Shown: piece by piece, positions 1 to 12,900 of the stretch | Position numbering within the stretch: the first letter of the stretch is position 1 | How the letters are laid out: every line of letters begins with the position of its first letter | From: Eledone cirrhosa | Lineage: Eukaryota | DNA: 64,000 nucleotides | Assembly: GCA_964016885.1 (NCBI GenBank) | Contig: OZ024741.1 | Span: 110,608,001 to 110,672,000 of the forward strand | Direction: 5' to 3' | Notes under the pieces: generated by a model | Seen by the model: the letters and a program-made list of their open reading frames with translations, nothing else | What the model was told of the DNA's origin: nothing | Database searches by the model: none | Translations under genes and position numbers: made by a program

Positions 1-1764
1 CCCGGATAGTCAACCAAGTCATACAGAATGGGGTTGTTCCGAAGGACTGGCGTAGCAGCATTATCGTTAACTGTTATAAGGGTAAAGGAGATGCCCTAGA
101 TAGGAGTAACTATAGAGGCATTAAATTAATCGACCAGGTCATGAAGGTCACGGAAAAAGTAATAGCGCAACTAATCAGAGAGCGAATTGATCTAGATGAA
201 ATGCAGTTCGGGTTTGTGTCGGGAAAAAGTACCACAGACGCTCTTTTCATTGTACGACAACTACAGGAGAAGTACCTAGCTAAAAGTAAACCCTATACTT
301 AGCTTTCGTCGACTTGGAGAAGGCCTTCGACAGAGTCCCCCGTTCCATTATCTGGTGGGCTCTTAGAAAACTAGGTGTTGATGAATGGCTTGTGAGAGCT
401 ATACAAGCCATGTATAAAGAAACAGTCAGCAAGGTTAGAATTAACAACGAATATAGTGAAGAGTTTAGTGTAAAAGTTGGTGTTCATCAGGGCTCTGTTC
501 TTAGCCCCCTACTATTTATTATTGCCCTCCAGGCTATAACAGTGGAGTTCAAGACCGGCTGCCCATGGGAACTCCTATACGCAGATGATCTAACGCTCAT
601 AGCTGAATCAATGGCCGAGCTAGAGAAGAAATTCCAAACATGGAAGCACGGCCTAGAATCAAAAGGCCTTAAAATTAACCTGGCTAAGACTAAAGTTCTA
701 GTTTGTAAGAAAGAAAATAAGGCGGCGGTCCCCTCCGGGAAGTGGCCATGCGCAGAGTGTAGGAAAGGCGTAGGTAGAAATTCCATTTTGTGTCCCAAAT
801 GCAAAGTTTGGGTTCATAAAAGATGTAGTGGGATCACAGGTAAGCTAACTAAGAACATAGATTTTACATGTGGCCGGTGTTCTGGGGCAATAAGTAGCAG
901 CAAGTGCCCACAAAATACTAGCTCTTTCAACTGCGCAGAGGGTTCTATAGAAATAGTGGACAGCTTCCGTTACCTGGGTGACAAAATCAGCAGTGGGGGA
1001 GGGTGCTCTGAAAGTACAGTAGCTAGAGTCAGAACTGGGTGGAAAAAGTTCAGAGAGCTTATACCACTATTAGCCGCTAAAGGGTTCTCCCTAAAAATGA
1101 AAGGCAGGTTGTGCGATGCCTGCATACGAACAGCAATGTTGCATGGCAGTGAGACCTGGGCATCGTGTGCAGAGGATATACGCAGACTAGAGAGAAACGA
1201 AGCTTGCATGCTCCGCTGGATGTGTAATAGTAATATACGTGAACGACAAAGCATAAACGAACTAAGGAAAAAATTAGAAATAAGAGGGATCAGATGTTGT
1301 TTACTAGAGAGAAGGCTACGTTGGTATGGTCACGTGATGCGCATGAAGGACGATAGCTGTATAACAAAGTGCAGGGCAATAAAGATAGACGGTAGCCACG
1401 GAATAGGCAGACCCAGAAAAACCTGGGACGAGCTGATAAACTCCGACCTCACACACTTACACCTCACCAAGACAATGTCACTGGACCGAGACCTTTGGCG
1501 GTACTCAGTAATAGAGAAGACCCGCCTTACCTAAATACAAAGTAAAACCTACTACAGTCAGTAGGCATCTCTAACAAAATACACCCCGTCCCACCACCCC
1601 CACCCCATCCACACCGCCCCCTTCTATGTAAAGTTATGTTGGTGCCACACCATCCAGGCCGAAACAAATGAGATCGTGTAGGTGTCACGACAAAAAACAC
1701 ACAGTCCACGCTGTAATGTGGCCGTGTTGGCAACACGGTAAAAACCTCCCAGACCCACACTGTA
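1..1764 (+). mobile_element. RTE-clade non-LTR retrotransposon (LINE): RT region plus partial 3' UTR; 5' part lies outside the window
   Basis: Frame 3 from base 3 reads RIVNQVIQNGVVPKDWRSSIIVNCYKGKGDALDRSNYRGIKL...QFGF...STTDALFIVRQLQEK. A -1 shift near 291-295 leads into [15 protein letters not shown]...[13 protein letters not shown]...LLYADD...[10 protein letters not shown]...GRPRKTW. The 3' UTR matches copies at ~33975 and ~52040. Confidence 0.95.
314..1534 (+). CDS. LINE reverse transcriptase (C-terminal 406 aa open) with internal PHD-type zinc finger
   Basis: Contains QGSVLSP, YADD (578-589), FRYLG and LRWYGHV motifs, with C4HC3 spacing at 749-880. It continues the upstream RT frame across a 1-nt indel, so the TTG start in the ORF track is not a real start. 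Confidence 0.9.
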   Translation: MEKAFDRVPRSIIWWALRKLGVDEWLVRAIQAMYKETVSKVRINNEYSEEFSVKVGVHQGSVLSPLLFIIALQAITVEFKTGCPWELLYADDLTLIAESMAELEKKFQTWKHGLESKGLKINLAKTKVLVCKKENKAAVPSGKWPCAECRKGVGRNSILCPKCKVWVHKRCSGITGKLTKNIDFTCGRCSGAISSSKCPQNTSSFNCAEGSIEIVDSFRYLGDKISSGGGCSESTVARVRTGWKKFRELIPLLAAKGFSLKMKGRLCDACIRTAMLHGSETWASCAEDIRRLERNEACMLRWMCNSNIRERQSINELRKKLEIRGIRCCLLERRLRWYGHVMRMKDDSCITKCRAIKIDGSHGIGRPRKTWDELINSDLTHLHLTKTMSLDRDLWRYSVIEKTRLT

Positions 1765-3312
<1,548 letters not shown>

Positions 3313-3313
3313 G

Positions 3314-3360
3314 TTTGTTTATATCCCCTGGTGTGTTACTGGAAAGTTCTGATATTTTAG
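3314..3360 (+). CDS. Candidate internal coding exon of unidentified gene A ([15 protein letters not shown])
   Basis: tag| acceptor and weak |gtgcag donor. Only one frame is open, and its phase-1 exit fits the exon at 4961. Confidence 0.3.
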
Positions 3361-3589
3361 GTGCAGTGCAGTAGACAGAAATATTCAAATAATAATATTA
3401 ATAACAACAATAATAACTGTAATAACAGTAACAGTAGCAGTAGTAATTAGTTACTATAAAGTGATTTACTTGGGTGTGTGCAAAAATATTAAATATAGAT
3501 TATTATTATTATTATAGTGTCTCTGCTTTCTTTTTCATTTCTCTTGAGAATTGTTGGCAATTATCTGCACTAAGTAATTGATTAATCTG

Positions 3590-3864
3590 TAGGGAACATG
3601 CCTATCACCTCTCTCATCAAATATGTTTGGTTCCATGAATAAGGAAGTATTTCTGTGGTTGTATTTTTTTTTTTAACCTCAAACTGCCAGACTTTGGAAC
3701 TCTCTTCCATCTCATTGTTTTCCTCTTCCTTATGACCTGAACTCTTTCAAAACTCTTTCAATTTCAAAGTAAATTCATTCCTTTCATCTTAATTTCTGTT
3801 TCTTCATAGTCCCTTACACTATGTAGCTTCACACCTTGTTTGCAACTTAAAAAAAAAAAAAAAA
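3590..3864 (+). mobile_element. Degraded CR1/L2-type LINE 3' fragment
   Basis: Translates to PQTARLWNSLPSHCFPLPYDLNSFK, resembling the conserved CR1/L2 ORF2 C-terminus, followed by an A-run. Confidence 0.6.
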
Positions 3865-3974
3865 TCATATAGCTAAGTTTTAGAGAATAAATTACCAAGA
3901 AAGAGATTACTCACAGACTCCATCATCTTTGAAATAACAACCAACTTAGTGCCAACATGATGACTTTGTTTTTG

Positions 3975-4478
3975 TTGATGTCACAATAAAATGCACTCTG
4001 TACACTCTGTAAAGTGGTACTGTTGGTGCCATGATAAAATGCACTCAGTATAGTCTGTTAAGTGGCACTACTGTTGCCATGATAAAATACACCCAGTATA
4101 CTCTGTTAAGTGGTAGTGCTGGTGCCATGATAGAATGCACTCAATATAGTCTTTTAAGTGGTAGTGCTGGTGCCATGATAAAATGCACCCAAAACATTTT
4201 GTAAAGTAACAGTGCTCATGCTACTATAAAATGTACCCAGCACACTCAGTAAAGTAGCATTTTTTATGCTATGGTAAAATCACCCAATGCACTCTGTAAA
4301 GTGATAATGCTGGTGTCACGATAAAATGGATGGCATTGGGAAGGACATCCAGCTGTAGAAACCATGTCATAATATGAAACATATGAGCAAAATGAGGTAC
4401 ACTGACCCATCTGGTCATCGATCATGCTGACCTGTTCAACTCATGCCAGCTGGAAAAATGGATATAACATGATGATAT
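3975..4478 (+). mobile_element. RTE-3'-end-related repeat with ~8 tandem ~44-bp internal units
   Basis: Units like gtgccatgataaaatgcacccagtacactctgtaaagtgg, then ggaaggacatccagctgtagaaacc and a catgccagc...atgatgat end resembling the LINE 3' ends at 34540-34660. Confidence 0.65.
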
Positions 4479-4664
4479 TAAATAGGAGCATTAAAATATC
4501 AATTAGAAAATAATTATTTGGTGAGGAAACAACGATAGTGGCTCAATAACTGTTATTTTATGTATTTCAACAATTGAGAGACAAATCTAGGTGTCCCCTT
4601 TGGGACCAAAATATATGGCAACCCTTAATAGTTGCTCACACTTAGAAGGTATATATTACTGTAA

Positions 4665-4950
4665 CCTTGTTATTTCATACATTTCTATACTGCTCACATA
4701 TCTCTGACTACTGCTGTTGTTCCATACATTACTGTACTGCTCACATATCTATGACTGTACTACTGTTGTTCCATCCATATATTACAGTACTGCTCACATA
4801 TCTATGACTGTACTACTGTTGTTCCATACATTACAGTACTGCTTATATATCTATGACTGTGCTAATGTTGTTCCGTACATTACAGTACTGTTCACATATC
4901 TATGACTACTGCTGTTGTTCCATGTTTTACAGTACTGCTCACATATCTAT
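4665..4950. repeat. ~47-bp minisatellite, ~6 copies
   Basis: Repeated ctgttgttccatacattacagtactgctcacatatctatgact. Confidence 0.9.
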
Positions 4951-4960
4951 TTCTGTACAG

Positions 4961-5010
4961 GTCACATTATACAGTGTATTTCCAGGGTCATTAGAACAAC
5001 AAATAGAATG
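4961..5010 (+). CDS. Candidate coding exon of gene A ((G)HIIQCISRVIRTTNRM)
   Basis: ctatttctgtacag| acceptor and |gtttgg donor (alternative |gtattc after 5016). Phase 1 in, phase 0 out, fitting both neighbouring candidates. Confidence 0.4.
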
Positions 5011-6322
5011 GTTTGGGTATTCGAGCTGGCTCTCTTCACTTTGATATCTTCTTTTCAAGGTTGATGAATAAGTACTAGTCCAGTACTGGAATTGATTCTT
5101 TCTCTGTATCTCTTTATCACACCCTCTGTTGCCTCTCTAACTCTCTCAAAGAAATCAGCTTTGTTCAGACCTGGAGAGGGAGTGAACTTCACCAGATTTA
5201 ACTGTCGAATATCACTCTGGCTTCCTTACAATTCATGAATAGTTATCGGCTAATGGCTATGACTAATCATATTAGATGTTCCCTCTTTGTGTTATCTGGT
5301 CTTCTCTCTTCCTATCCACATTACTGAGGGTCTAGGACCTTGAACAGTATATATTTCCATGACTTGGTGGGGAGGGGAGCTTTGCTGGGTCCCAAATCCT
5401 TGTCCAACCATAACTCGAAATCTGGATACCTAGCCACAGCTCATCCAACTTCATCACAAGGATGAAGCTATTGGCTATTTGAATGGTTGTCACCAAGGTG
5501 ATTAAGGAGTTCTGTATACCCCAGTTTTAAAATTAGTGATCCTTCTCCTAGACATACTGCTAACCAAAGCTAATGAGTTCTGTATTAGATAGCTGTTGAC
5601 TCTCCTGAGTTCCTCCACCCATTGACAGGTTTTGTTTTTGTGTTATTACTAATCTAAAAGAAAAGTGACTTAACCAAAACCTAAACAAGGTTTTCTACTG
5701 CATCAAGATATCTTTCAGGTCACCCACATAACATCTGAGCTCTACCATAAATTATAAATCATATGATTATAGTTATTAAACTCATCTTTATTTTATTTCT
5801 CTAGTACATCTATTTATATGACAGCTCTAATTATCATAATTATGTACACTAATTACTTTACTGGAAATAATTTAGTCAAGTTTCCTTTAATGTCATCACC
5901 TTTTTCATTACATTTTTCATCTAGATATACATTCCCGCTCATATTTTTCTTCTCTAACTTTCTTTCTTAGCTATGTCAGCTGTCACATCAATTATCTTTT
6001 CTCTCAGAATTCCCCTGGAACTCTGCCCAAATGTCACTGACCTTAGCTCAACTTAGTCCACTGAATATCATCATTACATTTATCTTTCAATTGATTCCAA
6101 GAATTCCACAACTGAGGAATATATTCCTATAGTGAAACACCAAAAACAAATGAGAACAGACACTGAGTGTGTTTGGCTGTGTATGGTTGGTGTGTTTGTC
6201 TGGATGTGTGAGTGTATTTGGCTGTGTGGGTGTGTTTGGCTCAGCTGCGTATGTATCTGGCTGTCTATGTGTGTGTCTATTTGACTCTGTGTAGTATCTG
6301 TGTTTGCCTGTCTGCCTTCCAG

Positions 6323-6364
6323 ATGATCGATGAGATGTTTGAATTCCGTCTGGTCTCCAGTTAG
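6323..6364 (+). CDS. Candidate coding exon of gene A (MIDEMFEFRLVS); terminal (TAG at 6362) or spliced after 6359 (|gttaga)
   Basis: Strong acceptor gcctgtctgccttccag|; only the phase-0 frame is open. Confidence 0.4.
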   Translation: MIDEMFEFRLVSS

Positions 6365-6496
6365 ATGTATATATTTATGTCTGTTAATGATTTCAAAATG
6401 TATTATTCAGGAGATGAATTCTTTGTTGCAAATTTGAGATCACTCTATAAAAAAGAAAACAACAAAAACAACAATAATAATAATAACAATAATAGG

Positions 6497-7150
6497 AATT
6501 CTTTCTAGCATAGGCACAAGGTAAGCAATTTGTGGGGAGGTGATAGTTGATTATATCAGCTCCAGTATTTTACTCAACCTCATAAGGATGAAAGGCAAAG
6601 TTGACCTCAGTGGGATTTGAACTCAGAGCATAAAGAACCATAATAAATACTGCCAATATACTCTAATAACTCATCCATAATAATAATAGTTTCTGATTTA
6701 GGTACAATATCAACAATTTTGGGGGAGGGGAAAGTCGATTAAATCAACCCAAGTGCATTACTGGTACTTTATTTTATTGACTTCATAAGCATGAAAGACA
6801 AAGCTAACCTCTGGGCCATAACTATATGATGCAAGGCATTTTGTCCCACGCTCTACTGATACTACCAATCCACCGTCAATAATGATAATGGTTTCTGATT
6901 TAAGCACAAGGCCAACAATTTGGAGGGAAAGAAAAGTTGATTAAATCAACCTGAGTGCATTACTGGTATTTTATTTTTTTTACCCCATAAGGATGAAAGG
7001 CAAAGCTAACCTCTGCAGGATTTGAACTCAGAATGTAAAGGGACATAACTATATGCCACAAAGCATGTCCCATGCTTTATCGATACTAACAATCCACCAT
7101 CATTTAATAATGATAATAATGGTTTCTGATTTAGGCACAAGGCCAACACT
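6497..7150 (-). mobile_element. Three tandem copies of a tRNA-derived SINE plus a fourth tail fragment
   Basis: Minus strand shows B-box-like gagttcaaatcc, then ctttgcctttcatccttat...aaaataaa..taccagt and a ggccttgtgcctaaatcagaaacc(att)n tail. Confidence 0.75.
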
Positions 7151-7239
7151 TAATAATAATAATATAATTAGTGATAGTTCTAACACCTTATAAACACAAA
7201 CCTCATTATGAGTTTAAAATGTCTTTCAATAATTTATTA

Positions 7240-8400
7240 TGCAGTGGCAGTGTGAATGAGACTGGAACTGTGAAAGGTGGACAGATCAACTGGAGTGAGT
7301 TAAATCTTACTGTGATGGAATGTTATCTAAGAAGTCAACCAGTGAGAGAGGCTGTATGGACAGAATAAGATAGATAAGGTTAGACAAAAGAATGTTTGAA
7401 GTAACATGGCAATGCTTTAGTGACCACGGAAGACATAAAGGATGGTTGAATGATGTGCAAATAAAATAAAGACAAATACAAATGACTGAGGCTAATGTTG
7501 TGGATGAGTTAGAGGAAAATGTTACCAGAGATGTTACTGAACTTAATCTTGGTGAATAAGTTGAAGACACAGAAAGACTAACTGGATCAGAAAAGATAAT
7601 AGAAGGATTCTTACATCATCACAATGATGCAGTTGACATCTTCTCAGAAAATGAACTTAAAATAGCAGGAAGAAACCATGATATTATTCAGTCAAAGGAT
7701 TGAGAGCAATTGCCTTCAGTAAGATAAAGAAGGGAAAAATACAATATCTGAAGGTATAGAGCGACCAGATGACATAATAATCAAAGAGCTTGGAGAAGGT
7801 AAAAGTTACAAATACCTTGATATTTTAGAGATATAAAATGCTGTGTGAAGAGATGAAAGAAAAGGTCATGAAAGAATATTTTAGGAGAGTAAAGAAAGTA
7901 TTAATTTCTAAACTTAACAGAGGAAAAAGTATTATAGCAATTAATACCTGGGCAGTATCTCTCTTGAGTTACTCTGCTGTATTCTTGTCTTGGTCAAGAG
8001 GACAACTCTTGTAGATTGATAGACAAGAAAGACTATGATGATGTATAGAGCATTTCATCCAAGAGATAGTGTGGATAGATTATATTTACCAAAGAAAGGA
8101 GAGAGAAGGGTAATTTCTATACGAGACTGTTAAGACAGGACGTAATCTGTAAGAATATGTGATGAAAAGTTCATAAAGACTTATATCTCATCAAGGGGGC
8201 CCAATGAAGTGGAAGTTAAAAGTACAAATCATACAAAGGGAGGGGGATAAGGGGGAAAGAGAAATAAATATTTTGGAAAAAACCCTTGATAGTTGCATTT
8301 CAGACAAACCAAGGAATCAGTAGTTGTGGTTGAAAAGTGGTGAGTTGAAGAAAGAAAGTGAAAGTCTAATCATATCTGCCCAGTCATATGTTTTATAGAC
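7240..8400 (+). mobile_element. Degraded R4/Dong-like non-LTR retrotransposon
   Basis: Peptide remnants WSELNLTVMECYLRSQP, SYKYLDILE, KEYFRRVKKVLISKLN...IAINTWAVSLLSYS, AFHPRDSVDRLYLP and WLKSGELKKESESLIISAQ, with many stops, indels and a large internal deletion. Confidence 0.75.
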
Positions 8401-8964
8401 GGGACTAGATACATTTGTTGTGGCATCAGCACTATCACATTACAATGTGTACTAGGAGGTTTTTTCATGGTATCAGGACTACTACTTTACAGGGAACGTT
8501 TTCATAGTATCAACACTACCACTTTACAGGGTGGACTAATAACAAAAATTGATGATGTGGATCTAAGTAATACCTACAAGAAGCACAGCAATTCATTTGA
8601 ATGTGGATTTCTAGTTGATGGTTTATACTGAACAAGATTTTTTTCTGTCCTGAGACTATAACCATGCTACTTCAGTTTGCTAAATGTACTATTCAGAGAC
8701 ACCACCTGTATCATGGAGAGATACCACCAGTGGTCCATGGTTATTGCAAGGACATATGCCCCAATATAAGTACCAAAATAGCAGTCAAGATATAGTGGAC
8801 ATTTTTTTTTTTTTATAGAAGTGACTGCTATTATTATCTTCAGTCTGTTTCCTTCTCTTCAATGACATCATAATAATAAATACCAGAACACTACCTACAC
8901 ACACATACACCATTCACACTACCCCAGACTCTTGTACTTCACTACAACAACGACAATAATAATT

Positions 8965-9160
8965 GTTTCTACTTTTGGCCCAAGGCCAGCTATTTGAAGG
9001 GAAGGGGGAAGTCAATTAAATCGATGCCAGTGTATTATTGGTGCTTTATTTTGTTGATCCTGTAAAGTTGAAAGGCAAAGCTAACCTCAGTGGAACCGGA
9101 ACCCATAACTAACATGGCTTTGTATCCAACTTTCTACCACTTCTTGCCAATCCACAATAG
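8965..9160 (-). mobile_element. tRNA-derived SINE, same family as 6497-7150
   Basis: ggcccaaggccagc...gtcaattaaatcga...gaaaggcaaagctaacctc. Confidence 0.65.
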
Positions 9161-9964
9161 CACAGAACTTTCATCTCAATCCTCTAACAGTAATAATAAC
9201 ACTAATAATAACACTAATAATAATGGTTATGATGATGAAAAGTAAACAAGGATGAGAAAGAAAAACAAAGTCTTGTTGGTAACAAATTGCCAATCCGTGG
9301 TGTAAGTTATGAAATGTCGTCATTTGAAAAATTGATGTTACTGCCAAGATGAATTCTGGGTAAGTAATTTCAGCATGAGTTTTAGGTGTTTGATTTGTGG
9401 CCGATGACGTCACATAGACCTGCTTGTCATATGGATTATAATGGGGAGCCTAGCTTGACTTCAGTTATACACTGATGATACTGAAGTTATATATGTTTGG
9501 AGAGGTCTTCTTCTTCATGTTCTTCTTGGTACTGTTGTTGTTTTTTTCAAGCTATATATATATATTTAGCGCCATACAATCTTTCTTGTGGTGGCCCAGT
9601 GCCAACTGCTCTGTTAATCCGTTCCCTTCAACATATCAACATACTCACCTGTGTATTCATCTCATATATATATATATCTTAGAGTGATAGCTCCATACGA
9701 TACCAAAATATTTCACACTACAATATCCTACTTAATCCATCATGTGGTTTAACATTAGCACATGGCGGCATTTGCGTACCTTTAGTAGGGTCAACTCTTT
9801 TGGATAGTCAAGATATTTGGTCTGGAAATAACTACCTCATTATACCACAAAATAGTGTTAGGGGGCACAGAAGAGGATCATGTAAAATAATAGTTTTATT
9901 ATACAGAAAATATGTAATATGACAGCTGCAGCTTGATAACGACTGTGTTTTCTACACTAGGGGC

Positions 9965-12900
9965 TGATGTGGTTCTGTGGCTGGTTTATGGAATATAGGG
10001 ATGTGGTTCTATGGCTGGTTTATGGAATATAGGGATGTGGTTCTATGTCTGGTTTATGGAATATAGGGATGTGGTTCTATGGCTGGTTTACAGAATATAG
10101 AGATGTGATTCTGTCTGGTTTATGGAATATAGAGATGTGGTTCTATGGTTGGTTTACAGAATATAGAAATGTGGTTCTATGGTTGGTTTACAGAATATAG
10201 GGATGTGGTTCTATGGTTGGTTTACAGAATATAGGGATGTGGTTCTGTGGCTGGTTTATGGAATATAGGGATGTGGTTCTATGATTGGTTTATAGAATAT
10301 AGGGGTGTTGTTCTGTGGCTGGTTTATGGATTATAGGGGTCTGGCTCTTTGGTTGGTTTATAGAATATAGGGATGTGGTTCTATGGTTGTTTTACAGAAT
10401 ATAGGGATGTGGTTCTATGGTTGGTTTATGGAATATAGGGATGTGGCTCTGTGGCTGGTTTATAGAATATAGGGATGTGGTTCTATGATTGGTATACAGA
10501 ATATAGGGATGTGGTTCTATGGTTGGTTTATAGAATATAGGGATGTGGTTCTATGGTTGTTTTACAGAATATAGGGATGTGGTTCTATGGTTGGTTTATG
10601 GAATATAGGGATGTGGTTCTGTGGCTGGTTTATAGAATATAGGGATGTGGTTCTATGATTGGTATACAGAATATAGGGATGTGGTTCTATGGTTGGTTTA
10701 TGGAATATAGGGATGTGGTTCTATGGTTGGTTTATGGAATATAGGGATGTGGTTCTATGGTTGGTTTATGGAATATAGGGATGTGCTTCTGTGGTTGGTT
10801 TATAGAATATAGGGATGTGGGTCTATGGTTGGTTTATGGAATATAGGGATGTGGTTCTATGGTTGGTTTATAGAATATAGGGATGTGGTTCTATGGTTGG
10901 TTTATAGAATATAGGGATGTGGTTCTATGGTTGGTTTACAGAATATAGGGATGTGGCTTTGTGGTTGGTTTATGGAATATAGGGATGTGGCTCTGTGGTT
11001 GCGTTATAGAATATAGGGATGTGGTTCTATGGTTGGTTTATGGAATATAGGGATGTGGTTCTGTGGTTGGTTTATAGAATATAGAGATGTGGTTCTATGT
11101 TTTGGTTTACATAATATATACATGTGGTTCTATGGTTGGTTTACGGAATATAGGGATGTGGTTCTATGGTTAGTTTATGGAATATAGGGATGTGGTTCTA
11201 TGGTTGGTTTACAGAATATAGAGATCTGGCTCTTTGGTTGGTTTATAGAATATAGGGATGTGGCTCTGTGGTTGGTTTATAGAATATAGGGATGTGGTTC
11301 TATGGTTTTTTTTATGGAATATAGGGATGTGGTTCTATGGTTCGTTTACGGAATATAGGGATGTGGTTCTGTTATTGGTTTATAGAATATAGGGATGTGT
11401 TATATGACTGGTTTACAGAATATAGGGATGTGGTTCTATGGCTGGTTTATGGAATATAGGGATGTGGTGCTGTGGTTGGTTTATAGAATATATGGATGTG
11501 GTTCTATGGTTGGTTTACAGAATATAGGGATGTGGTTCTATGGTTGGTTTATGGAATATAGGGATGTGGTTCTATGATTGGTTTATGGAATATAGGGATG
11601 TGGTTCTATGGTTGGTTTACAGAGTATAGAGATGTGGCTCTTAGGTTGGTTTATAGAATTTAGGGATGTGGCTCTGTGGTTGCTTTCTAGAATATAGGGA
11701 TGTGGTTCTATGGTTGTTTTACAGAATATAGGGATGTGGTTCTATGGTTGGTTTACAGGATATAGGGATGTGGCTCTGTGGTTGGTTTATAGAATATAGG
11801 GATGTGGTTCTGTGGTTGGTTTATGGAATATAGGGATGTGGTTCTATGGTTGGTTTATGAAATATAGGGATGTGGTTCTATGGTTGGTATACAGAATATA
11901 GGGATGTGGTTCTATGGTTGGTTTATGGAATATAGGGATGTGGTTCTATGGTTGGTTTACAGAATATAGGGATGTGGCTCTGTGGTTGCTTTATAGAATA
12001 TAGGGATGTGTTCTATGGTTGGTTTATGGAATATAGGGATGTGGTTCTGTGGTTGGTTTATAGAATATAGAGATGTGGTTCTATGTTTTGGTTTACATAA
12101 TATATACATGTGGTTCTATGGTTGGTTTACGGAATATAGGGATGTGGTTCTATGGTTGGTATACAGAATATAGGGATGTGGTTCTATGGTTGGTTTATGG
12201 AATATAGGGATGTGGCTCTGTGGTTGGTTTACAGAATATAGGGATGTGGCTCTGTGGTTGGTTTATAGAATATAGGGATGTGGTTCTATGGTTGGTTTAC
12301 AGAATATAGACATGTGGTTCTATGGTTGGTTTATGTAATATAGGGATGTGGTTCTATGGTTGGTATACAGAATATAGGGATGTGGTTCTATGGTTGGTTT
12401 ATGGAATATAGGGATGTGGTTCTATGGTTGGTTTACAGAATATAGGCATGTGGCTCTGTGGTGGGTTTATGGAATATAGAGATGTGGTTCTATGGCTGGT
12501 TTATGGAATATAGGAATGTGATTCTGTGGCTGGTTTATGGAATATAGGGATGTGGTTCTATGGTTGGTTTATAAAATATAGGGATGTGGCTCTGTGGTTG
12601 GTTTATAGAATATAGGGATGTGGTTCTATGGTTGGTTTATGGAATATAGGGATGTGGTTCTATGGTTGGTTTACAGAATATAGGGATGTGGTTCTATTAC
12701 TGGTTTACAGAATATAGGGATGTGGTTCTATGGCTGGTTTATGGAATATAGGGATGTGGTTCTGTGGTTGGTTTATAGAATATAGGGATGTGGTTCTATG
12801 GTTGGTTTATGGAATATAGGGATGTGGTTCTATGGTTGGTTTATGGAATATAGGGATGTGGTTCTATGGTTGGTTCAGAGCATAGAGATGTGGCTCTTTA

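Noticed and set aside
9570-9652. Additional exon of gene A (PYNLSCGGPVPTALLIRSLQHINILT)
   Set aside because: Entry phase fits the 6323 exon, but the exit phases give stops with the next candidates and two frames are open. Not supportable without RNA data.
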